DNA of 35,861 nucleotides from Gemmatimonadota bacterium (GTDB lineage Bacteria; Gemmatimonadota; Gemmatimonadetes; Gemmatimonadales; Gemmatimonadaceae): NCBI GenBank assembly GCA_031362285.1, contig JANLSF010000657.1, positions 1 to 35,861 of the forward strand, read 5' to 3'. Shown piece by piece: positions 29,906 to 35,861 of this stretch (position 1 is its first letter; each line of letters starts with the position of its first letter). The notes under the pieces were generated by a model. It saw only the letters and a program-made list of their open reading frames with translations, ran no database searches and was not told where the DNA came from. The position numbers and the translations under genes were made by a program.

Positions 29906-30955
29906 TTCCGGGCTCCGGTGTGGCCTTTGAGGCGGGTGCGGGTGAGTCCGTGGCGTCGTTTCAGGTGGCTGATGCGGCCCTCACAGCCGGCTCGGTGGCG
30001 GTAGCGGCGTCTCCAACCGCGGGTGTGTTGGACGGGATCGGCTCTGCCTTGGCGTGGGATCACCCGGTCTTTGACTGCGAGGCGGTCGAGCACTTCGTCG
30101 CCGGTGCTGTTGCCGTAGGCGCGGTCGGCAAGGACGGTGTCGATGCGCATGCCCGCCGGGCGTGCGGCGGTGACAGCGGCTTCGAGGGTGGATACGTCGG
30201 CGGGGTTTCCGGTGTAGAGCTGGTGGGAGACGACGAGCCCTTCGGGGGTGTCGGCGATCGACGCCTTGTAGCCGAACTCCGTTGGTCTTTGTGGTTTGCC
30301 CCGCCGGATCGGGCGGGCGTCGGGGTCGGCGGGCGACACGAGGCGATCCGGGATGACTTTCTCGCCGGTGAGGCGCCGGGCGGTCTGGGCGATGACCCTC
30401 TCAGCCAAGGCGATCTCCTCGGCGAGGCCAGCCGTCTGCGCCCGGCCTTTGCGTCCCGCCTGGCCGACTGCCCGGCGGGCGTTCGCGAGTACCCGAGTGG
30501 CGCCGCGGGCTGCGCGGACGGCGAGGTCATGCAAGGCGCGGGTTTCACGGTCGACTGGGGCGCTCGACGAGTGCCCGTCAGGTCCCCCTTCGAGCCCGCG
30601 CCGTTATGCGGCCGCTTTGGGAGCGTTCCGTGTTGGTGGGGCTCCCCTGCAGGGGCCTGTCACCTTCCTGGTCGCCTCGCCGCGGCCCGGAAGGGACACA
30701 CGCTTCGGTGCTCTCTCTTGAAGGCACCTGCGTTGAAGCCCCGTGCTGGGGTGTCCAGACAGCTTCGCAGCTGTCTGGGACGCGGCCGCCAGGAGCGAAA
30801 AGGCGGCACCAGGAGTATCGACACGAACGCGACGAGCCTTGAGTCGGCACATCCGCCCCGCGTGGCGCGACTTGCTCGGGTGCGGCCGCGCCTTCTGTGG
30901 GTCTTCCTCCCCGCTGGTAGAGGTCGTGTCTAGACGTCCGACCAGTTCCAAACCC
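29906..30955 (-). mobile_element. IS5/IS1182-like DDE transposase remnant, decayed at both ends
   Basis: ORF 29536..30534(-) holds the DDE core: PDARPIRRGKPQRPTEFGYKASIADTPEGLVVSHQLYTGNPADVSTLEAAV...ADRAYGNSTGDEVLDRLAVKDRVIPRQGR...HRAGCEGRISHLKRRHGLTRTRLKGHTGA. The usual ...IWxGHGxxAHNL ending is missing. Upstream, 30535-30955 shows only degenerate N-terminal similarity spread over frames, plus a 9-bp-stem hairpin (ccagacagc/gctgtctgg, ~30755-30778). Confidence 0.7.
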
Positions 30956-31027
30956 TAATTACTACTAGTAGCTTTAGTGAGGTTCATTCGTCCCGGGGTG
31001 TTCGCGGTGGATGCGACATGTCTGCCA

Positions 31028-31094
31028 GGTTTGTTAAGTCTTGGTTATGGCGGGTCCGTTTTCCCGGACACGAGGCGTTTTTCTGCGTGTAGGG
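31028..31094 (+). promoter_or_regulatory. copy A of a 67-nt conserved upstream element
   Basis: ggtttgttaagtcttggttatggcgggtccgttttcccggacacgaggcgtttttctgcgtgtaggg. It ends 52 nt before GTG 31146. It shares 45 of 67 ungapped positions with 34710-34776, in the blocks GGTTTGTTA, TTGGTTA, CCCGGACA and GCGTGTAGGG. Confidence 0.45.
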
Positions 31095-31145
31095 ACCAAA
31101 CGGGGTGTTCGTGCCTCGGCCAAGTCTCGTGGTCAGGAGTCAATC

Positions 31146-33257
31146 GTGTCGTTTTCTCACCTGTTGTGTCGTCGTTTCAGTGTCGTGCCCCTCGCGGTGG
31201 CGGTGGGTGTGCTTGTCTCGGCGTCCTCCGCCTTGGCGGGTCCGGTGTGGTCGGAGCCCGCGGGCTGGAATCAGGGTGTGTCCGCGACGCCTGGTGGTTG
31301 GTGGACGTCGCCGGATGGTGGGGTGACGATCGTCGGGAAGCCGAATGCGGACTTCCCGTCTCTGGCGTACCTGCAGACCGCGTACTGCAACCCGTACGGC
31401 CCCAATACGCAGCTGGTGGGCGCGGGGTTGACGCGGATCAGGTGGCATGCGAACGCGAGTGACATGCACGCGTACCTCAGGTTCCTCGCCCCGAACGGCA
31501 ACGATCTCGGGGTCGGTGGAGGCCTGACGAGCCTCGCCTCCACACGACGGTATTTCTATAACTACGTCCCGGAGGGCGTGAACCTCGAGTTGCAGAAAGA
31601 CGCGTTGACGCAGGACGCGTATTCGTTCGTGGGTGGGCAGTGCGTGTGGGGCAGCGTCATCTTCAACGGGGCCGGCTCCGACGGGGTGGTCGACAGCGCC
31701 GGGTTCACGCCACTTGTGACGAACCGCCTCGACAGCGTCCGCGTCGAGGACCTCCAGGGCCCCGCCGTCTCGGGTGCGACGTCGTGGGCGTCGTGGATCA
31801 CCGGCAACGACGCGCCGATCGAGTGGGATCAATCCGACAACACCTACCGGCGTGGCACGACTGGCGCGCGGGTAACGGGTGGCGGCAGCGTGGATGTCGG
31901 CGACACCGCGGACGGGCATTTGGGGGCGTGGGTCCCCGTGGGTGGCCTGGCGGACGTCGCGCACCAGATCTGCGCGTACCGATCGGCACCCGGCTGGGGT
32001 GAGGCACAGGGCTGCGCGACGTTCAAGTTGGACCGCACCGACCCCGCCGCGCCGCAGATCACGTTGTCGCCTGATCTCGCAGGCGCTTGGGGCAACACCG
32101 CGGTCGGCGTGTCGACGCAGGCGACCGGCGACGGGTCCGGCTCGGGATGGGACCGAAACCAGTTCACCGTCGACGGCGGGGCTTGGGTGGACTCCCCCGC
32201 CGCCTTCACGATCACCGCGGAGGGCGATCACACCGTCGCCTCCCGCGCTGTCGACAGGGCTGGCCGGGTGAGCGCCCCGTCTGCCACGCGGGTGGTGCGG
32301 ATCGATCGGACGCCTCCCGTCGTGTCGGGCGCCGCTGTGGATGGCCGGTCGGGGGTGTTGTCGTGGGCGATGAGCGACCGCGTCGGGTTCGGCTCCTGCC
32401 CGGTGAGGGTGGAGTTGAGTGGCCCGGGGACGAACGGTGCGGTGGTCGGGGTGTTCAGCCAACCCGCCGGGTCGCTGAACCCGGGTGGGGCGTCGGTGGT
32501 GTTGCCGTTGGGGACGATGGCGAACGGCGATTACACCGCCCGCCTCACGGTGTGCGACACGGCGGGAAACCAGGTGGTGGTGCCGGTCGCGTTCACATGG
32601 ACCGGGAACCCCGATGGGGGTCTGGTTGGGGCGGCGGCACGGTTTGTCGCACTGGACGTCTCTTCGCCCGACTCCACGTCACGGCACGATGTGGGTGGTG
32701 TGGCGGTCCCGGTGGTCAGGCGCGTCTACAACCACGTGTTCGTATTGTCGGGTCGTCTGCAGCGGCCGGATGGGTCGGTGTTCGCGAACGCCCCCGTCGA
32801 GCTCCGCGACGCAGCCGGCGGGTACGCGGGCGGTGCGCGCACCGACGGGAACGGTGGGTTCACGGTGTCGGCCCGCGCGTCGATCGGTGGGGCATGGACG
32901 TTGGGGATGGTGGGGTCGTCGGTGCGTGCGGCGGTGGCGTGGCTTGAGGTCAGGCCCCGGGTCGCGACGCGCGTGCGGATGACGCAGCACCGGAGGGTGC
33001 TTGTCGTGTCGGGGTCGTTGGCGCCGTCGACCGGGGTGGGTGGGAAGGTGGTGCAACTGGAGTGGTTTGACCGCACGACCCGCAGGTGGCGTCCCGCCCT
33101 GGATGGGCGCGTCGGCGTGGATGGGCGGTTTCAGTTGGCGTACCGGTTCAGCCGGCCGGGCCGCTACCGCGTCGCAGTCCGCGTCAGCGTGAAGACCGAT
33201 GCCGGGTGGCCGTACCTGGCGACAACCAGCCGGGCCGTGACCGTCACGGTCGGATAA
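31146..33257 (+). CDS. secreted surface protein with Ig-like (OmpL47-type) and carboxypeptidase-regulatory-like beta-sandwich domains
   Basis: GTG 31146 is preceded by AGGAG (~31135-31139). The signal peptide is SFSHLLCRRFSVVPLAVAVGVLVSASSALA/GP. Ig-like repeats include DRTDPAAPQITLSPD...TRVVRIDRTPPVVSGAAV. A CarboxypepD_reg-like segment reads VLSGRLQRPDGSVFANAPVELRDAAGGYAGGARTDGNGGFTV. Confidence 0.85.
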   Translation: MSFSHLLCRRFSVVPLAVAVGVLVSASSALAGPVWSEPAGWNQGVSATPGGWWTSPDGGVTIVGKPNADFPSLAYLQTAYCNPYGPNTQLVGAGLTRIRWHANASDMHAYLRFLAPNGNDLGVGGGLTSLASTRRYFYNYVPEGVNLELQKDALTQDAYSFVGGQCVWGSVIFNGAGSDGVVDSAGFTPLVTNRLDSVRVEDLQGPAVSGATSWASWITGNDAPIEWDQSDNTYRRGTTGARVTGGGSVDVGDTADGHLGAWVPVGGLADVAHQICAYRSAPGWGEAQGCATFKLDRTDPAAPQITLSPDLAGAWGNTAVGVSTQATGDGSGSGWDRNQFTVDGGAWVDSPAAFTITAEGDHTVASRAVDRAGRVSAPSATRVVRIDRTPPVVSGAAVDGRSGVLSWAMSDRVGFGSCPVRVELSGPGTNGAVVGVFSQPAGSLNPGGASVVLPLGTMANGDYTARLTVCDTAGNQVVVPVAFTWTGNPDGGLVGAAARFVALDVSSPDSTSRHDVGGVAVPVVRRVYNHVFVLSGRLQRPDGSVFANAPVELRDAAGGYAGGARTDGNGGFTVSARASIGGAWTLGMVGSSVRAAVAWLEVRPRVATRVRMTQHRRVLVVSGSLAPSTGVGGKVVQLEWFDRTTRRWRPALDGRVGVDGRFQLAYRFSRPGRYRVAVRVSVKTDAGWPYLATTSRAVTVTVG

Positions 33258-33272
33258 CCCCGAGTCGACGCG

Positions 33273-33303
33273 GCGACCGGACCTCGACCTGAGGTCCGGT
33301 CGC
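33273..33303 (+). terminator. intrinsic-terminator-like hairpin (perfect 11-bp stem)
   Basis: gcgaccggacc (33273-33283) pairs with ggtccggtcgc (33293-33303) around a 9-nt loop, 16 nt after the stop at 33257. There is no strong U-tract, which is common in high-GC actinobacteria. Confidence 0.55.
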
Positions 33304-33330
33304 CTGTTCGCTCCGCGGGGGCTCGCACGG

Positions 33331-34689
33331 ATGCCACCACCCACCAACACCACCACCTCCTCGTCGTCGTCGGCTCGGGTTTCGCGGCGGTTCGCGCGGC
33401 GGGCGTTTCGGTCGCCGGAGCCGATCCCCGCGGAGTTGCGTGGACGGTTGGTCGCGGAGCGCGACCCGGTCGGCCAGTTCACGATCATCACTGAGTACCT
33501 ACGGCCCGTGCTCGTGCGCCGGGCCGCGGCATGTGGCGTCGGACACTGCGCTGAGGACGTCGCGGCGGAGGTGATCGGCAGTTGGTACAACCGCGTCGCG
33601 TTGGCGCGGCCCGTGACCTACGCAACCCCGCACGCCTACCAGCATCTGCGCGCGGACCTCCTCACCTCGGTCAGGAACGCGGCGATGAGTTGGCACCGCG
33701 ACACTGATAACCACACGATCCCCGTCAGTGATGAGGCCCTCACCGCCCTCGCCGGGGCTGTGGCGGACGCGGGTGTCGATGAGGTCTTCGACACCGAGGA
33801 CGTACTCGCGTTGTCGGAGGCGTTGTCTCGCCTCGACACCACAGAGGCGGATGTCGCGCGGCTCGTGGGGTTGGAGGCCGTGTCGATCCGGGAGGTGAGC
33901 GACCGGACAGGGATCCCCGCCTCGACTGTCGCGGACGTGTGGGGCCGCGTGCAGGAAACATTGCGGGGAAGCGTGGAGCGGTACCTGACCGGTGAGTACT
34001 GCCGCGAGGCGGCCCCGCACCTCGCGCTCCTGGATGTCCAACGCCACGCCGAAGACCGCGGCCTCACCTTCCGACCCCTCGACGACCAGCTCGGCGAGGT
34101 TGAGGCGCGGAGGGTCGCCCGCCACGTCTACGGCGACCCCCAGGCGGGGACGGTGGGGTGTGCGGCGTGCCGACGCGCACGTGGCCGGCAGCGCACCGCC
34201 CTCGGCGTGTTCCTACCTCCCCCACTCCTCGGACCCGGGCTGTTCGGGCAGGTCCGCGACGTGTTCGTGGGTGCGTGGGACGCGACGTTCGGTGCCCTCG
34301 CCCGCCTCATCGACGATGCGTGGACAGGTGTTGTCGGGTCGGGTGGGGCGGCCGCAGGGTTCGGTGGCGCGAAGGTCGCCGCCCTCGTCACCGCCGCGAC
34401 GATGGCGGTCACCGCCCCGACCGTCGTCCCAACCCTCATCGACCACCAACCGACCGCGCGCCCCGCCGTCGCGCAGGTCGCGACACCACGACCCACGGCC
34501 CAGGCCGCAGTACGGTCCGCGCCACCGACGACCCGCGTACGCGCCTCCGCATCGAAACCGACCGCGACGGCGTCCGCCAAGCCCGTGACCAAACAGGCGG
34601 CGGGCAGCCGTCCCGCACGTCCGACCACCTCCGCAACACGGTCCGGTGGTGCGGGCAGTGCGATCGCCGAGTTCACGCCCGGCCCGTAA
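33331..34689 (+). CDS. ECF-type sigma factor fused to an anti-sigma-like Cys motif, a TM segment and an Ala/Pro/Thr-rich tail
   Basis: Region-2-like: AEDVAAEVIGSWYNRV...AYQHLRADLLTSVRNAAMSWHR. Region-4 HTH-like: LSRLDTTEADVARLVGLEAVSIREVSDRTGIPASTVADVWGRVQETL. An anti-sigma-like CREAAPHLALLD...GCAACRR follows, then a hydrophobic stretch (AAGFGGAKVAALVTAATMAVTAPTVV) and a low-complexity tail. Confidence 0.6.
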   Translation: MPPPTNTTTSSSSSARVSRRFARRAFRSPEPIPAELRGRLVAERDPVGQFTIITEYLRPVLVRRAAACGVGHCAEDVAAEVIGSWYNRVALARPVTYATPHAYQHLRADLLTSVRNAAMSWHRDTDNHTIPVSDEALTALAGAVADAGVDEVFDTEDVLALSEALSRLDTTEADVARLVGLEAVSIREVSDRTGIPASTVADVWGRVQETLRGSVERYLTGEYCREAAPHLALLDVQRHAEDRGLTFRPLDDQLGEVEARRVARHVYGDPQAGTVGCAACRRARGRQRTALGVFLPPPLLGPGLFGQVRDVFVGAWDATFGALARLIDDAWTGVVGSGGAAAGFGGAKVAALVTAATMAVTAPTVVPTLIDHQPTARPAVAQVATPRPTAQAAVRSAPPTTRVRASASKPTATASAKPVTKQAAGSRPARPTTSATRSGGAGSAIAEFTPGP

Positions 34690-34709
34690 CCGCGTCCCAA
34701 CCACCCCGG

Positions 34710-34776
34710 GGTTTGTTAGGGGTTGGTTAAGCAGGGGTCATGAACCCGGACAACCACGCGTTTCTTGCGTGTAGGG
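34710..34776 (+). promoter_or_regulatory. copy B of the 67-nt conserved upstream element
   Basis: ggtttgttaggggttggttaagcaggggtcatgaacccggacaaccacgcgtttcttgcgtgtaggg. It ends 79 nt before the ssb start codon (GTG 34855). Confidence 0.45.
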
Positions 34777-34854
34777 GGTGAGGAGGCGACTGGGCCTTCT
34801 CCGAAACCCCAGGGTCGGCGCGACGCCGGTCCTGACTGTCTGGGAGGTGTTGTT

Positions 34855-35196
34855 GTGAACACGGTTGTGGTGATGGGCAGGTTGACCAGGGCGCCGGAGA
34901 TGGCGTTCACCACCGGTGGGAAACCGGTCGCGCGGATGCGGCTGGCGATCCCCCGCCCGGGCGATGACGGCGCGGAGTTCGTCGACACCGTCGCCTATGA
35001 CGGGTTGGCGGACGCATGTGGCCTGTACCTCGCCCGCGGCCGGCGGGTTGGGGTGGTGGGGCGTCTGGTGCATGAGGAGTGGGACGCACCGGACGGGAGT
35101 CGGCGGGAACGGCTGGTGATCGTCGCGCGGGATGTCGAGTTCATCGACGCACCAGCAGCAGCCCAGGAACAGTCCGCGGCGCGTGTCGCAGCGTAA
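34855..35196 (+). CDS. ssb: single-stranded DNA-binding protein
   Basis: GTG 34855 is preceded by GGGAGG (34842-34847). VNTVVVMGRLTRAPEMAFTTGGKPVARMRLAIPRPGDDGAEFVDTVAYDGLADACGLYLARGRRVGVVGRLVHEEWDAPDGSRRERLVIVARDVEFID is a typical SSB OB-fold. The ORF-track start 34765 is too long. Confidence 0.85.
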   Translation: MNTVVVMGRLTRAPEMAFTTGGKPVARMRLAIPRPGDDGAEFVDTVAYDGLADACGLYLARGRRVGVVGRLVHEEWDAPDGSRRERLVIVARDVEFIDAPAAAQEQSAARVAA

Positions 35197-35314
35197 ACCG
35201 GTGTGTCGGGCGTGTCGGTGAGTGCTGGCACCCGTGCGGCGTCGCCGCGCCCGCCGACGCGCCCCCGGAAACCCCGGTTGGTGGCAACCCAGTAATAAGC
35301 GAAAGGAGACGACA

Positions 35315-35671
35315 TTGACACGGACACGACGAGGGTCCCTCGCCGCCGGGGCGTGGGCGGCACTGCTGCTCAGCCCGGCGGGTGTGGTGGCTGCGCAGAG
35401 GGTTGATGCGAACCCCGACATCCGGGCGCTTCCGGGTGGAGCGACGTTGCAGGGGTTGATCAACGGGATCGCCGCGTTCGCCGGGCTCGCGTGCCTCGCA
35501 GGCCTTCTGATTGGGGCGGGGTTGTGGGCCGTCGGCTCGCACGCCCAGAACTACCAGCAGTCCTCTGCCGGCAAGAAAACGGTGCTCACGTCGTTCGCGA
35601 CCGCCCTCCTTGTGGGTGGTGCGACCGGGATCATCAACTTCTTCCTCGAGACCGGCGGCGGCATCAAATGA
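35315..35671 (+). CDS. small two-TM conjugation-module membrane protein (DUF6112 / TrbC-VirB2-like, tentative)
   Basis: TTG 35315 is preceded by AAAGGAG (35302-35308). The product has a signal/TM segment and then LQGLINGIAAFAGLACLAGLLIGAGLWAVGSHAQNYQQSSAGKKTVLTSFATALLVGGATGIINFF. This matches my recollection of pilin-like proteins of actinobacterial integrative conjugative elements. Confidence 0.55.
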   Translation: MTRTRRGSLAAGAWAALLLSPAGVVAAQRVDANPDIRALPGGATLQGLINGIAAFAGLACLAGLLIGAGLWAVGSHAQNYQQSSAGKKTVLTSFATALLVGGATGIINFFLETGGGIK

Positions 35672-35861
35672 CCGACCCCACCTCCAAACGCCCGATGCTG
35701 CTCGCGGCAGTAGCCGCGGCAGTGTTTCTCGGGGGGTGGGCGACGGGCCACCGCACTACCCGCGAGGCGGCCTCCCCCGTCCTGCCCGCCCCGCCGCGGG
35801 CCGCGACCCCCGCCGTGGTTGATGCCGCGGTGGTGGTGCGGTCGCGGGCGGGTGCGGTCGC
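35668..35861 (+). CDS. membrane-anchored protein, partial (runs off the window)
   Basis: ATG 35668 overlaps the preceding TGA (ATGA). The frame is open to the window end. MTDPTSKRPMLLAAVAAAVFLGGWATGHR... has one TM segment. It is absent from the ORF track because it has no stop. Confidence 0.4.
   Translation, partial: MTDPTSKRPMLLAAVAAAVFLGGWATGHRTTREAASPVLPAPPRAATPAVVDAAVVVRSRAGAV

Overview
This is a high-GC (actinobacterial-type) accessory region in which toxin and secondary-metabolite cargo is separated by IS and pseudogene debris.

**Left part.** It holds an OmpR-type winged-helix regulator and an IS3 remnant. Next comes a 2500-aa secreted RHS/YD polymorphic toxin with PA14-, Ig- and LamG-like inserts. 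Its canonical DPSG tip is followed by an unassigned 147-aa C-terminal domain and a low-GC candidate immunity gene.

**Centre (minus strand, 13692-21916).** A 1686-aa RHS-shell protein has no signal peptide, no canonical tip motif and a ~340-aa G/P/T/D-rich tail. It is translationally coupled (ATGA overlap) to a 1055-aa protein. That partner combines an intact calcineurin/LpxH-like metallophosphoesterase, two aegerolysin-like beta-sandwich modules and a DUF4474-like domain. No immunity-type gene follows. I rate this pair as the most likely undescribed system: a two-component, RHS-associated, lipid-directed toxin.

**Right of the centre.** A decay zone (IS30/DUF429 chimera, IS3 fragment, sufS-like and PLC-like pseudogenes) is followed by a tightly packed five-gene operon (24737-28770). 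It encodes a PatA-like S8 protease, a PatG-C-like domain protein and an ABBA-fold (prenyltransferase-like) protein. These are followed by an 80-aa six-Cys precursor-like peptide and a single-barrel class-II terpene-cyclase-like protein. This is a candidate cyanobactin-like, possibly prenylated RiPP cluster.

**Right end.** It carries an IS5/IS1182 remnant abutting a broken gene, a secreted Ig-like surface protein and a sigma/anti-sigma fusion. SSB and the start of an actinobacterial conjugation-type module follow.

Two short non-coding motifs recur. One is a 20-nt motif present three times, the other a 67-nt upstream element present twice. I saw no rRNA, tRNA or CRISPR. All family assignments come from motif recognition by eye and need HMM or structure confirmation.
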